A DNA stretch of 64,000 nt, taken from Vairimorpha necatrix (Eukaryota). The position numbers and the translations under genes were made by a program. Position 1 is the stretch's first letter. Each line of letters begins with the position of its first letter. The DNA lies in contig CP142737.1 in NCBI GenBank assembly GCA_036630325.1, positions 434,001-498,000 on the forward strand, given 5' to 3'. Positions 1 through 11,801 of this stretch are shown piece after piece. Below the pieces are notes generated by a model, which saw only the letters and a program-made list of their open reading frames with translations, did not search any database and was not told the origin of the DNA.

Positions 1-84
1 TCAAGTTAAATTTTACAAAATAAAACACAATATATTTAATCAAGACAATTATAAAACAATATTTTTTAAATAAAACTAATAAGT

Positions 85-1479
85 TTATTTCTTACCTTTC
101 TTGGTTTCAGTAGCTTTCTTCTCAATCTTCACTCCATACTTCTCTAATTCTTCATCACTACATAATGACGCTATACTTCCAATACAGACTATATTATTAC
201 TATCTCTTAAAGCAAATCTACCTAGAGATGGGAACTCTGAGGCCATTTCCATGACACAAGGCTTTTGTGGTACTAAAACGACCATGGCATTATCTCCTTG
301 TTCAATTCTCTCTGGGTTGTCTACTGGCGCAGTATCTTTTGGTGATTTCTTCTTTAAAATATGTTGTACTTTAACTGGTACATGCATTATTCCAAGATCT
401 AAAGTGGGTGTGTAACCCGCTGCTAGGCCTTTCTTCTTGTCTACTACTACTATTTTAGCAATACACCCTCTAAAAAGTTGTACTGGTTTATTTTTAGCAT
501 CAGAGATGACATTTCCTGGTTTGACTTGATTGAAGTCTCCTTTGGTGGCATTCTTGAATGCCACTCCACAATTCTCTCCACAATGAACTTTCTGCTTTGC
601 TTCTCTGTGGATTTCAAGTGTCTTAATTTCTGTAGTCACGCCTGCTGGCTCAATTTGCACTTGCATGTTCGGGACTGCGAATCCTGTGTCTATACGACCA
701 GTATAGACGAATCCTATACCAGAAATCTTATGTTTCTGAACTATAGGCATTCTTAAAGGTTTATCATTCATTCTTGGTGGTTCTTCTTGGAAATCAAGTG
801 CACCTTCTAAAGTATTTACTACTGTCTTAGTTTTTGGACATGTCCATCCTTTAAACCATTCAAATCTTGGACTAGATTCTACTAAGTTTATATTACAGAA
901 AGCAGATATTGGTAATATTATAGGATTCTTATCACTATGATATAATTTAGCAATTCTTAACATTTCATTTTTTATTTCTTGAAATCTTGTTTCTCTTCTT
1001 GATTCTTCTACTTCATCCATTTTATTAACACAGACTATTAATTTACTACATCCTAATACTGCTGATATTGTAATATGAGCTTTTAGGATACCAGTTTCCC
1101 CTACACAAGCTTCAAATCCTGTAGCAGGGACCATTACTACACCCACATCAGCTTGTGCTGCACCAGTGACCATATTCTTTATAAAATCTCTGTGTCCAGG
1201 ACAATCTAAAACATTTAGAGTAAATTTATTAGTAGGAATTTTAATTAAAGAAGTTTGAATAGTAATACCTCTCTCTTTTTCAGCAGCAGTAGTATCAGTA
1301 GCGTAAGCTAAGAAGAAAGAAGATTTATTATTATCAGAAGCTTCTTTCTTATATTTCTCAATGAGTCTTTTATCAATAGCTCCTAATTGATAAGCGAGTT
1401 GACCTACAGCAGTAGATTTTCCGGAATCTACGTGACCAATGAAGCAAACATTTAATTGTTTTTTATCTTGAGTCGACAT
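85..1479 (-). CDS. TEF1: Translation elongation factor 1-alpha
   Basis: GHVDSGKST P-loop, ERGITI, DCPGHRDF, NKMD, LGRFALRD; CCCCCC motif just before ATG. Confidence 0.97.
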   Translation of the reverse strand: MSTQDKKQLNVCFIGHVDSGKSTAVGQLAYQLGAIDKRLIEKYKKEASDNNKSSFFLAYATDTTAAEKERGITIQTSLIKIPTNKFTLNVLDCPGHRDFIKNMVTGAAQADVGVVMVPATGFEACVGETGILKAHITISAVLGCSKLIVCVNKMDEVEESRRETRFQEIKNEMLRIAKLYHSDKNPIILPISAFCNINLVESSPRFEWFKGWTCPKTKTVVNTLEGALDFQEEPPRMNDKPLRMPIVQKHKISGIGFVYTGRIDTGFAVPNMQVQIEPAGVTTEIKTLEIHREAKQKVHCGENCGVAFKNATKGDFNQVKPGNVISDAKNKPVQLFRGCIAKIVVVDKKKGLAAGYTPTLDLGIMHVPVKVQHILKKKSPKDTAPVDNPERIEQGDNAMVVLVPQKPCVMEMASEFPSLGRFALRDSNNIVCIGSIASLCSDEELEKYGVKIEKKATETKKGKK

Positions 1480-1691
1480 TTAGGGGGGTAAAAAAAAAGA
1501 TTCTTTTTATATAAAAAATTTTCAAGAAAAAAAAAAAAAGAAAACTAGATGTAATAAATTTGATAATAATATTATAATAATATTTATAATATTGTATTAG
1601 TAATATTGTATTAGTAATGTATAATACAGTATTATCAAATATTATCAAACTATGTTTTATCAAATATTATCAAACTATGTTTTATCAAATA

Positions 1692-2303
1692 TTATAATAA
1701 TACATTATTTTTATTATTATTATAGAAGATATTTTTTTTATTTATGATCTCTTGATATTTATTTCTCATCTCATTTACTACACTCCTCATATTATTATTA
1801 TAAATATACTGCTGTCTAACCATAACTCCATAACTTATTAAACTCCCTAAAGAACTCTTCCTTACTAAAAACATCAAGAAATTAATACTAAGACATATCA
1901 ACTCAGAAAACAAAGCCACTCTCCCTATCATGACATGTACTGTACTGAGAGACATACATAAGTCAAGAATAAACATATTCTCAAATACCTTCCTGTTACT
2001 TAAGACGAAACTTATCAAATTATAAATTCCCAGTAAGAAAAAAGGAAAAAGAAGAATATTAGAAGGAAGGAATAAGAAACAGACTAGACAGAAGAAATTA
2101 GACTCATTAAATAATTTAAAAAGATCTTTAGTCTTCCTTAAGCCTATGGAGTAAGAAATAAAAAGAGAGATAATATTAAGAATATGAGGGAAGGGAGATA
2201 AAGGAAGTCTGACAAAGAGAAGGAATAAGAAAAGGAAGTAATTTAAAACGAAGAAAAGAGTGGAGAGAGCCCAGATCTTCTTAAAGATATCAAGATTCTT
2301 CAT
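1692..2303 (-). CDS. Multi-pass membrane protein, Pom33/TMEM33 (UPF0121)-like
   Basis: 203 aa with several hydrophobic helices; pattern NESNFFCL..LLFPFFLL..SEL..Y..VRQQY resembles TMEM33/Pom33; CCC motif before ATG. Family call from recall. Confidence 0.55.
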   Translation of the reverse strand: MKNLDIFKKIWALSTLFFVLNYFLFLFLLFVRLPLSPFPHILNIISLFISYSIGLRKTKDLFKLFNESNFFCLVCFLFLPSNILLFPFFLLGIYNLISFVLSNRKVFENMFILDLCMSLSTVHVMIGRVALFSELICLSINFLMFLVRKSSLGSLISYGVMVRQQYIYNNNMRSVVNEMRNKYQEIINKKNIFYNNNKNNVLL

Positions 2304-2654
2304 ATGAGGGATAAAAAAAAAGGAAATAAATATGATATAGTAATGTGCTATAATAGTACTGTATATAATTATAATAGTATTGTCTATAATTATTATAGTA
2401 ATGGGCTATAATAGTTTTGTATTTTACATTTATAATTTATTAAAGTTTTGTTTATTTGGTCTATAAAAATAAAATTCAGCATAAACTGAAGAAGAAAAAC
2501 TAGTATTGAAGAACTATATTTATTTGGCATATTTACTCTATTTAAGATTTCTTAGATAGTTTCAGATCATTATCAATTGTTTCATCTTTCAGTTTATCAC
2601 AGATTCATCTTTTTACTTATGTACTAAATTAATGTGCGTATGGCTTTGATATTC

Positions 2655-2730
2655 ATGTTCTTATTGGTACATATGTTTAATTATGTTCTAATTGGTACAT
2701 ATGTTTGATTATGTTCTAATTGGTACATGA
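2655..2730. repeat. Intergenic 30-bp tandem repeat
   Basis: ATGTTCTAATTGGTACATATGTTT-type unit about 2.5 times; similar local duplications at 1640-1695, 2990-3075, 5600-5820 and 6885-6945. Confidence 0.75.
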
Positions 2731-3111
2731 AGATATTTAAGAAATGAATATTCATTTTCTTAATGATCATTTTATTCTTAAATGTCCTCATGTCCTTTCT
2801 TATGAATGAGCAGTTTTCTCCCAGTACATTTTTAGACTTGAATTATGAAGATTCCAATGAGATGGAATATTATTAGTCATAGAATCATATATATATAAAT
2901 ATGTATTATATGTTATAATATGTATTATAATAATGTATGTATTGTAATAATATTCTATGTTATGTATAAAGTATATATACTATAACTTTACAATATTACA
3001 ATACATATACTATTACAATACTATTACAATATTACAATATTATAATATACTATTACAATATTACAATACTATTTTACACTTTATTTGTGTTTATGATTTC
3101 TCTCTCCCCTT

Positions 3112-3678
3112 ATGAATGACAAGGGAGAAATAGAGTTCTTTGAATTCGTCCCTGTCCATTTCGTCAATGAACTGGAATCTGATATTAATAAACTCCTCAC
3201 CAATAACAAGTTACTCCTAGACGCGTCTAAGAAGAACATGTTCATCTTCAAGAACTTCGTCTTAAGAAACATCATCCACTTCCCTTCTTCATTCACATAT
3301 GAGAGAAAGAAGACTGATCTAGTAGTAGACTCAAATATCAATATAAACAAATATTATACAAATTTGTCTATAAGAGACAAATTAATAAATAAAATACAGA
3401 ATATATCTAAGGAGATACATAATATTAAGAATAGAAATAATAATATTAAGAAGATATTAGAGTATGAGGAGGATATGAAAGAAGCTACTAGTAATATTGA
3501 GAGTATAAAGAGACAGTATAATAAAATAGTGGAGTATGTGAGTAGTTTACCATTTATAGAAGTGGATGAAGATAATTTTAATTATCTTTTGGAGTATAGG
3601 GAAATAAGAAGTGAGATATTAAGAAAAGAGTGGGAATCAATAACAGAGAAATATGATATAAATCTACTAAATAAATAA
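3112..3678 (+). CDS. Kinetochore protein Mis12/Mtw1-like
   Basis: N-terminal EFFEFVPVHFVNEL and FKNFVLRNIIHFP match the Mis12 pattern (F..P..F...; F..Y.LRNI); C-terminal coiled coil; CCCC before ATG. Confidence 0.7.
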   Translation: MNDKGEIEFFEFVPVHFVNELESDINKLLTNNKLLLDASKKNMFIFKNFVLRNIIHFPSSFTYERKKTDLVVDSNININKYYTNLSIRDKLINKIQNISKEIHNIKNRNNNIKKILEYEEDMKEATSNIESIKRQYNKIVEYVSSLPFIEVDEDNFNYLLEYREIRSEILRKEWESITEKYDINLLNK

Positions 3679-3786
3679 ATCTACTGAATAAATCTAATAA
3701 GTAAATAATGTATTATATATGTATATAATTCTATATAGTACATTATATAATTTAATACATTGTTAATATCGCCTTTAATATAAGTT

Positions 3787-4191
3787 TCATAATAGTTTAT
3801 TTAGGTCAGTAAACCACTCTAAATATGTATTTCTAAGTGGCCCTATTATCAGGACTGTATTACTCCCTGATGCTATTTGTGTCCTCCCCGCGTCATGTAT
3901 CTTACTATACTTAATCTCGCTATTATGAGCTCTCCCTGCTAGATCTTCCATCTCTTTACTACTCGCTTTATAAATTACAATACTAGACTTCTCCCAGTCA
4001 CTATAATTCAGTCTATAAATATTAGAAAAGGCATGTGCTATTTGGGAGATGATCTTGCCTTTTGACATCTTAAGAGAGGAATTAATAAGGAAGATTGTAG
4101 TAGAAGGAGAAGATTTGGACTTCCTTAATGAGAAGTAAACGAGAAGAATCAGAAATATAAAAACTATTCCTATAATAAGAAGGCCCTTCAT
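3787..4191 (-). CDS. PTH2: Peptidyl-tRNA hydrolase 2 with N-terminal membrane anchor
   Basis: LKMSKGKIISQIAHA and IHDAGRTQIASGSNTVLIIGP motifs; start placed at the ATG at 4191 (preceded by CCC) rather than 4209. Confidence 0.92.
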   Translation of the reverse strand: MKGLLIIGIVFIFLILLVYFSLRKSKSSPSTTIFLINSSLKMSKGKIISQIAHAFSNIYRLNYSDWEKSSIVIYKASSKEMEDLAGRAHNSEIKYSKIHDAGRTQIASGSNTVLIIGPLRNTYLEWFTDLNKLL

Positions 4192-4338
4192 TGGGACTAA
4201 AAAAAACATACAATAAAAACATATTATAATTATACAATAGAGTAGTACATACTTATATTACATACTTATATAATATAATATTTATATAAAAAATATATTA
4301 TATATAAAAACATTTTAGAAAACATTTTAGTAATTATT

Positions 4339-5313
4339 TTATTTAGAAAGTATTACATCATTGATCCAGTCTTTTAAACATGACTGAGGAGCCCAGTCTA
4401 TAGAATTCCTCGGATTACAATTACACTCTTTTTGTCTACTAGGAGACGAAGGACAATGATTAAAAGGCGGGTGCTCATACCCAATATCCTCAAAAAAGTG
4501 TATCTTACTTTTATCTAAAAACAAACTTAAAGCTAAAGTGTGCACAGGAGCATCACCCCATCTCTCATAAAAAAACCCACCACTCTTATCCAAAAAATCA
4601 AAATATTTTTTATAAACTTCTGATCTCCAAAAATCAAAACTAGCAATCTCGAAATTTGACCAATAATGACATCCATTATAAGTCATCTTATTATCAACTA
4701 CAAATTTACTTATAACAGGATTACCTATTAAAACTTTATTTTTCATTATAAAATTTATAGTTTCTTTATATAAACTGGGTATAGTCTCCATAAACTCTTT
4801 AATTGTTATTACAAACGAGTAATCTTTATTATTTTGTCTTAAATATGTAAATGGGTCATAATTTATCTTACAGTAGAATTTGACATCTGGTTCTATACGC
4901 CAATAATATCTGTATTGTTTTAAAAGTGGAATATTGAAAAATTTACCGGAGAAAAATCTACACATTTTTCTGTATGATAATGAGTCACCATAAATTATTT
5001 GTGCAGCTTTTAATATTTCCATATTTGTTTTTACTATATTCATATTTATGAATTTTGGGACTCCAAATTCATCTTCAGTAAGTTTACCAAATTGGACTGT
5101 GGTTGATATGATGCTTTTTATAGTATTTTTGAATTCTTCAGTGAATTCTTGATCATTGACCATTACATAAGGATATTTGTATTGTTTATTAAACATTTCT
5201 TCGAAATTTCTTAGTGTCCCGGATATTCCTTTTAGATCTGAGTTTCTACACAAGATGAAAATGACTGCATTTTCTTTAGTGTAGATTAAGTTTAAGAAGT
5301 ACAGGAAGATCAT
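4339..5313 (-). CDS. GT15 alpha-1,2-mannosyltransferase (KRE2/KTR family)
   Basis: SYRKMCRFFSG, YYWRIEPDV, CHYWSNFEI, GGFFYERWGDAPVH motifs; N-terminal hydrophobic anchor. Confidence 0.95.
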   Translation of the reverse strand: MIFLYFLNLIYTKENAVIFILCRNSDLKGISGTLRNFEEMFNKQYKYPYVMVNDQEFTEEFKNTIKSIISTTVQFGKLTEDEFGVPKFINMNIVKTNMEILKAAQIIYGDSLSYRKMCRFFSGKFFNIPLLKQYRYYWRIEPDVKFYCKINYDPFTYLRQNNKDYSFVITIKEFMETIPSLYKETINFIMKNKVLIGNPVISKFVVDNKMTYNGCHYWSNFEIASFDFWRSEVYKKYFDFLDKSGGFFYERWGDAPVHTLALSLFLDKSKIHFFEDIGYEHPPFNHCPSSPSRQKECNCNPRNSIDWAPQSCLKDWINDVILSK

Positions 5314-5847
5314 AAAACTAAATGTAAATATTAGTATTTATATAATATGTTTCAGAATATAAACAACCCTTAAATGATTTTGATATTGTATGTAATTAGT
5401 TATTATTAGTTAATACTAGTTAATGTAAGTTGTATTTAGTTGATTTGCATTTTGTTGTTTTGTATGTCTATGTTTTATTCGAGATTAGAAACATTGACTC
5501 ATACATAAGTACCTTAATATTTCAAGAAGAAATTGTCTTATTGTTTACTCTTAATATTTCTTTGCGCCATAATGTCTTCGTCTATGATATTATATAAATC
5601 ATTATATTTGCTATATAATCTTATTATATATTATTTGTTATATATATTCTTACTAATATATGTTATCTTCTATAATTTAATGTTCTTATTATATAATATA
5701 TTTGCTATATAATCTTATTATATATTATTTGCTATATAATCTTATTATATAATATATTTGTCATATATATCCTTACTAATATTTGTTATATAATCTTATT
5801 TTATATTATATTTGCTATATACTTTAATGTTCCTCCAATATGTTTTA

Positions 5848-6687
5848 TTATTCAGTTCTCTCTCTTATATATTCTAGTATGTCGAATCCCGGCCGGTTAA
5901 ATATTCCTTCTATCTCCATCTTTATATTATTCTCTAACATATATTCCATGTCTTCTACACATATGCCTTTCTTTATTAATGATCTGATTCTCTTTATATC
6001 ATTCTCAGTGAGTTCTAGTACATTCTCCTTGTTTATGTCTTCTCTTCTTACTCCTATCCTTTGTACTGTCTTGTACTTGGTGCATATTTCTACGCCGTAG
6101 GGGTCGAAGTCGAATATTCCGTACATTTTTATATGTTTGAGTTTATTCACGAGAGCGAGGGTATTGTGACAAGGGTAACCCTTTCCACAAATGAAGAGTA
6201 TGTCATCACTACTCTTTAAATTAGTATCATTTAATACATCTTTTGTATCTTCTTGATTTTTACTCCGTATTATTTTACTGAATATTGTGTCTTTCTCTAC
6301 TACTATTATCATTTTACTCTTACATTCTACTCTTTCTATCTCACTCATGTCTGGTATCAAAGAAGTCCCTCTACAATTTATAATTTCCTTATTATTTTTA
6401 TAAAAGACAATATTCCCATAATAAATCCCTTTAAGTGTAGTAGAAATTAATAAATCAGACTGAGTACATTTTAATTTGATACATGTCTCTTTAATAAGCC
6501 GGTCTACTGAAGACTGAGACTTGAATATTTCCACAGAGTTGTAGTAGATTTCTCTCTTGTTCTTCTTTGTATTAGAGAGAAGAGAGTTATTTAGTTCTTC
6601 GTAGAATTTGAGTCTCTGGAGGATATTTGGGAATTTTGAAATGTTTCTTAAAGTGTGTCTTGTTAGATCCCTAAGAAAATTCCTCAT
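5848..6687 (-). CDS. SPO11: Meiotic recombination protein Spo11 (TopoVI-A family)
   Basis: KREIYY catalytic Tyr motif, VVEKD, GKGYP, DFDPYG, MEIE. Confidence 0.93.
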   Translation of the reverse strand: MRNFLRDLTRHTLRNISKFPNILQRLKFYEELNNSLLSNTKKNKREIYYNSVEIFKSQSSVDRLIKETCIKLKCTQSDLLISTTLKGIYYGNIVFYKNNKEIINCRGTSLIPDMSEIERVECKSKMIIVVEKDTIFSKIIRSKNQEDTKDVLNDTNLKSSDDILFICGKGYPCHNTLALVNKLKHIKMYGIFDFDPYGVEICTKYKTVQRIGVRREDINKENVLELTENDIKRIRSLIKKGICVEDMEYMLENNIKMEIEGIFNRPGFDILEYIRERTE

Positions 6688-6974
6688 TTATGCAAATTAA
6701 AATTAAAATTTAAATAAATGATTTGACATATAAAATAATTAAATTTTATAATGCATAAATGAGAAATTTAATATTTATCAAATCTTACATAATCCTAATT
6801 TTATAATATATACAATATTATGAAGTAAATTTAATTTTTAATGCATGATCAAAATTTAATATTTATCAAATATTACACATAATGCTTTAATGCATAAATA
6901 TTAAATTTTTCAATGCATAAATATTAAATTTTTTAATGCATAAATATTTATTTACATCCCCCTCTTAAAATAAA

Positions 6975-9900
6975 ATGGTCACAGGAGAAGACAGAAAAAA
7001 ACAAAAAGAAGAAAAAAAGAAACAAAAAATGGAGAAATTTCTAAACAAGAAAATATCTCTAATATCCACCAAGGAACACTCTAAACCCATCAAACTCACC
7101 AAAGGTTATGACCCGAAAAAAGTAGAAAAAAAGTGGTCAAATTTAGGAGATTTTTCTCCTGTAAATAAATCTAAGAAATTTGTCATGTGCATGCCTCCTC
7201 CAAATATAACAGGCTCCCTTCATATAGGCCATGCTATGATGGTATCAATACAAGATTCTATAGTGAGATATAAGAGACTTAATGATTACTCAGTGTTGTA
7301 TTTACCAGGGACTGATCATGCTGGAATAGCCACACAAAGTGTAGTAATGAAACAACTAACTAAATCTAAACAAAGTGAAAATAATATTGATAGAGATCAA
7401 AATAAGTTTGATCAAGTTAAATTAGACAATGATAAATTTGATAAATCTTTTAATATTGATAGAGATACATTTATTAAAGCCACTTGGGATTGGAAAGAGA
7501 AATATGGTAATAGAATTATAGAACAGTTTAAGAGACTTGGTACTAGTTCTGATAATACGAGGATGAAGTTCACAATGGATGAGAAAATGAATAAAAGTGT
7601 AAATGAAGCCTTTTGTAGATTTTATGAGAAAGGGTTAATTTACAGAGAAAATAAGATAGTAAATTGGTGTAGTAAATTAAACACTACTCTGAGTGACATA
7701 GAAATAGATCATGTGAGTGTAAAAGGAAATACAATTATAAATGTAGATGGTAGAGAATATGAATTTGGAGTAATTTACAAAATCAAGTACCCAGTACAAT
7801 ATATCAAATATAATGAACAAGCCAGTCAAGGCATTTATCAATTTAATGAAGACATACATCAATTTAATGAAGGCTTTTATAAAGAAGATAGTTTATATTC
7901 TTATGGTTATGTGATTGTGGCTACTACTAGACCTGAGACAATATTAGGAGATACTGCTTTGTGTGCTCATCCTAATGACTTAAGATACAATAAATATAAG
8001 GAAATTATCCCTATAAATCCAATTACAAATAAAAAGATGAAATTTATATTTGATGAGGCAGTAGATAAAGATTTCGAAAGTGGAGTATTAAAAATCACGC
8101 CAGCTCATGATCCCGTGGATTTTGAGATAGGAAAAAGGCACAATTTAGAACAGATCAAAATATTTAACTCTAAAAATGAAATCATAATAAATGAACAGAA
8201 TAAGAAATCATCTCTGTGTGGATGTAAAAGATTAGATGCTAGAGATAAAATACTTGAAATATTAAAATCAAGAGATTTATTCATTGAGAAAAAGCCTCAT
8301 GAACAAACCTTGCCATTTTGTTCAAGATCTAATGATCTTATAGAACCAATTATCAAAGAACAATGGTGGCTGAAATGTGAAGAAATGTCTAAGAAAGCGA
8401 TAAATGTAGTGAAAAATGAAGAAATTAAAATATTTCCTAAGGAATCTAAAGAAGATTGGTATAGATGGTTTGAAAATCCAAGAGACTGGTGTCTCTCAAG
8501 ACAATTATGGTGGGGACACAGAATTCCAGCCTATAAATTTAAAGAATCATCTTATGAAGAATTGTCTTCTAAAGATTTAAATTATACAGATTCATCTTAC
8601 AAAGACATAAATTATACAGACTCATCTTACAAAGATATAAATTACAAAGATTCAAGTTACAAATCATATATTGACAAATCATGTATTGATAAATCATGTA
8701 TTGATAAATCATATATTTGGACAATAGGAAGAACTAAGAAAGAAGCAGTAGAGAAATTTAATAAGAAATATAATACAAATTTAGATGAATCTAAATTTGA
8801 ACAAGACGAGGATGTCTTAGACACTTGGTTCTCTTCAGGCCTCTGGCCTTTTGCCACTTTAGGCTGGCCTGAAGAGACAGAAGATTTCTCAAATTTCTTC
8901 CCTACTAATTTATTAGAAACAGGTAAAGACATTTTATTCTTCTGGGTAGGGAGAATGGTAATGATGTCTCTAGAATTAACTAATAAGATCCCATTTGAGA
9001 ATATCTTACTACATGGAATAGTAAGAGATGCTAATGGTAGAAAAATGAGTAAAAGTCTTGGGAATGTAATAGACCCTTTACATATTATAGAAGGAGCAAG
9101 TTTAGAAGATTTATTAGAAAATATGAGATCAGGGAATCTTAGTAAAGAAAATCAGAAGAGTGCTGAAGAAATAATAAAGAAAGATTATCCAAATGGAATA
9201 GAGTGCTGTGGAGCTGATGCATTAAGATTTACATTATTGAGTTATATGAATGGGATAAATGATATAAAATTAGATATAGAACGAGTAATAGGAACAAGAA
9301 GATTTTGTAATAAAATATACAATGCATCAATATTCCTTAAGAAAGTACTTAAAGAAAATATATTTTTAAATTACTCAAGAGATGATGATGATGATATTAA
9401 AAAAGATGATGTCTCTAATGATGTCTCTATTAATGTCTTAAAAGATGATGCCTCAAAAGACGAAAATAAAAAATATGATGTCATACATGATAATGTCATA
9501 AAAGATGATGTCATACATGTCATACATTATGATAAATTATTAGTCTGGTTAATACAAAAAAGAAATAAAGTAATAGAAATTACTCATGAATCCTTCAGAG
9601 ACTATAAATTTATGACTGCTGTCCAGTCAATCCATAAATTCTTCTTATACGACTTCTGTGATATTTATATAGAAATAGTCAAGAAGATCAAAAAAGAAGA
9701 ATATATAAAAGTCTTATTTATAGTCTTCATTGACTGTATAAAGATATTCAGTATTTATATGCCATTTATAACTCAAGAGATTTATAGTCAATATTTCAAG
9801 GAATCAATCAACGAGACAAATTTCCCAGAAATAATTAAGATAAATTGTGAAGAAATAGTTAAAACAAATTTTGAAGAAATTTTGAGTAAAGTTAAGAATA

Positions 9901-10007
9901 TAAGAAACCAAGAGAAGGAAGATATAGAAGTAGAAGGGATAGAAGAAGAAGATATAGAATATATCAAAGCATTAGTACCTCATATCAAGAGTATAAATGG
10001 AATATAA
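6975..10007 (+). CDS. VAS1: Valyl-tRNA synthetase
   Basis: PPPNITGSLHIGH, GTDHAGIATQ, ATTRPET, DWCLSRQLWWGHRIP, DVLDTWFSS, KMSKS. Confidence 0.97.
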   Translation: MVTGEDRKKQKEEKKKQKMEKFLNKKISLISTKEHSKPIKLTKGYDPKKVEKKWSNLGDFSPVNKSKKFVMCMPPPNITGSLHIGHAMMVSIQDSIVRYKRLNDYSVLYLPGTDHAGIATQSVVMKQLTKSKQSENNIDRDQNKFDQVKLDNDKFDKSFNIDRDTFIKATWDWKEKYGNRIIEQFKRLGTSSDNTRMKFTMDEKMNKSVNEAFCRFYEKGLIYRENKIVNWCSKLNTTLSDIEIDHVSVKGNTIINVDGREYEFGVIYKIKYPVQYIKYNEQASQGIYQFNEDIHQFNEGFYKEDSLYSYGYVIVATTRPETILGDTALCAHPNDLRYNKYKEIIPINPITNKKMKFIFDEAVDKDFESGVLKITPAHDPVDFEIGKRHNLEQIKIFNSKNEIIINEQNKKSSLCGCKRLDARDKILEILKSRDLFIEKKPHEQTLPFCSRSNDLIEPIIKEQWWLKCEEMSKKAINVVKNEEIKIFPKESKEDWYRWFENPRDWCLSRQLWWGHRIPAYKFKESSYEELSSKDLNYTDSSYKDINYTDSSYKDINYKDSSYKSYIDKSCIDKSCIDKSYIWTIGRTKKEAVEKFNKKYNTNLDESKFEQDEDVLDTWFSSGLWPFATLGWPEETEDFSNFFPTNLLETGKDILFFWVGRMVMMSLELTNKIPFENILLHGIVRDANGRKMSKSLGNVIDPLHIIEGASLEDLLENMRSGNLSKENQKSAEEIIKKDYPNGIECCGADALRFTLLSYMNGINDIKLDIERVIGTRRFCNKIYNASIFLKKVLKENIFLNYSRDDDDDIKKDDVSNDVSINVLKDDASKDENKKYDVIHDNVIKDDVIHVIHYDKLLVWLIQKRNKVIEITHESFRDYKFMTAVQSIHKFFLYDFCDIYIEIVKKIKKEEYIKVLFIVFIDCIKIFSIYMPFITQEIYSQYFKESINETNFPEIIKINCEEIVKTNFEEILSKVKNIRNQEKEDIEVEGIEEEDIEYIKALVPHIKSINGI
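8570..8718 (+). repeat. In-frame 30-bp and 15-bp tandem repeats inside ValRS
   Basis: Encodes KD(L/I)NY(T/K)DSSY x3, then KS(Y/C)ID x3-4. Confidence 0.9.
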
Positions 10008-10576
10008 TAAAAATATTCTTTATAATTTATATTGTATTTTATATTTATGCATTTTTATTTATATTTTGACTATTTTGAGTTTAGCATAAATAAAATGCGA
10101 CATGGACATATGGGGTAACTAAAAGTATATAAACAACAAAGATGTGGAAATAAGAATAGATCAAACTTATCAGAATAGATGTCACATCACAAGAAAATCT
10201 ACAGCAAGAAAACGATAAGTTAAGAAAATAATATGTCCTTAAGAACGAACTCATTATAAATGAATTCAGAAAAATCTATACGTAGTTACTTGGACAGTCT
10301 TGTGACTAAGTCTCACAAGACTTATTAGAAGAGTACACCAAGATGATCACGCTAGAAAGCATTCCTCTGGACTACCGAAGCCAATGTGGAAAAGATTATA
10401 AGCTTAGACTCTACCTACGAGCAAAAGACGCTAACATGCAACTTATACTTGTAAAATTGAGATTAAGCACGCCATATTAGATTTGATCATTTTATATGTT
10501 TAAAAAATACCATATTTATAATATCTTGTCTTTCTAGTGGATTGTAAATCATCATTTCTTAGCCCCCTTTCTGATT

Positions 10577-11566
10577 ATGTTCGTCTCCTCAGATTTAAGT
10601 TCTGTAATCGTAGACATAGGCACAGAGACATTCAAAATAGGCTACTCTGACAAGGAATATCCCATGCACTACAACTCATCCAAGACATTCAAGAATGACT
10701 TCACTTCTCCTGTACAATCCTCCACTATCCACAATATTGACTCTTATATCTCACTTATGACTTCTCATTTGCCTCTTGACACTTCTTATCTTCTAATAAG
10801 TGAAAACACATTTGAAGATGAAAATATTAAAGAGCGAATACTCAGTGAAGTCATGGAGAAGAGTCTCGCCTCTTCTCTTATGTTCTCTAAAAGTAGTATA
10901 CTTGACACATTCTCGTATGGGAAGACTACTAGTATAAATATAGTAATAAGTGGAGGATCTACACAGATAGTAAGTGTAGTAGATGGGTATATAACATGTA
11001 GGAAGAAGATAGAATATGGATGTGAAGATATAAGTAAGAAATATCTAGAGAAAATTAATAAAGAGAAAATAAAACAGAAGTTTGATTCAATTAATAAGAA
11101 TGGATGTATTAATGATAATAATACTAATGAAGGATTATTAAATTTTAAGAAATTAGAATACGCTAGATTTAAAAAAGAAGATTTCTATAAAAAAGAAAAC
11201 AATATTCAACAATTTCTTTATCTACACGATAAAATACTAAAAATTACTGACTACTTAGAAGACATTCTCCAGTCAAATTCACCTGATAGAAAATTCGACT
11301 TATTAAATAATATCTTGATATCAGGAGGAGGAAGTTTAATACCAAATATCACCAATCTATTAGAGAAAAATATAAGCGAGAAAATATCAAAAAACAATTT
11401 CTGCATTTTTAACCAGCCAAGTCTGTTTCATACATTTTTTGGTGGGGCAGTTATGGGGAATATAGGGAGTTTTAAAGCACTGAATATAGGGAAAGCGGAT
11501 TATATAGAATGTGGAGTGAATATCTTAAAAAGGAAGAATTATTCATGGGTACTTAATAAACCATAA
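10577..11566 (+). CDS. Actin-related protein (Arp4/Actl6-like)
   Basis: VIVDIGTETFKIGY, ILISGGGSLIP, FFGGAVMG actin-fold motifs; CCCCC before ATG; subfamily is inference. Confidence 0.8.
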   Translation: MFVSSDLSSVIVDIGTETFKIGYSDKEYPMHYNSSKTFKNDFTSPVQSSTIHNIDSYISLMTSHLPLDTSYLLISENTFEDENIKERILSEVMEKSLASSLMFSKSSILDTFSYGKTTSINIVISGGSTQIVSVVDGYITCRKKIEYGCEDISKKYLEKINKEKIKQKFDSINKNGCINDNNTNEGLLNFKKLEYARFKKEDFYKKENNIQQFLYLHDKILKITDYLEDILQSNSPDRKFDLLNNILISGGGSLIPNITNLLEKNISEKISKNNFCIFNQPSLFHTFFGGAVMGNIGSFKALNIGKADYIECGVNILKRKNYSWVLNKP

Positions 11567-11801
11567 AGTATTTTATATTTATATTATTAGATTATAATCA
11601 AAAATATCGATAGTGTAAAAAAATTTGAATTTTAAAAATTTATTATATTTTAAATTTAATATTAAAAATTTTCATATTTAAAATTTTCTATTGTAACAAT
11701 TTTGACATATTTAAAATTTTTATATTTAAAATTTTCATATTTAAAATTTTTATAGTAAAATTTATTACAAATTTTATATAAAATCGACTACTATAATAAT
11801 T

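Noticed and set aside
5600-5820. Interspersed short repeats superficially like a CRISPR array
   Set aside because: Low-complexity AT duplications with irregular spacing, in eukaryotic DNA with no cas genes.
101-8932. Short ORFs antisense to housekeeping genes (101-415, 478-756, 3081-3350, 5840-6100, 6253-6450, 7677-7862, 8657-8932)
   Set aside because: Overlap well-supported genes on the other strand and have no motifs.
10090-10480. Coding-like purine-rich segment between ValRS and the Arp gene
   Set aside because: No long open frame and no recognisable motif; cannot support a call.
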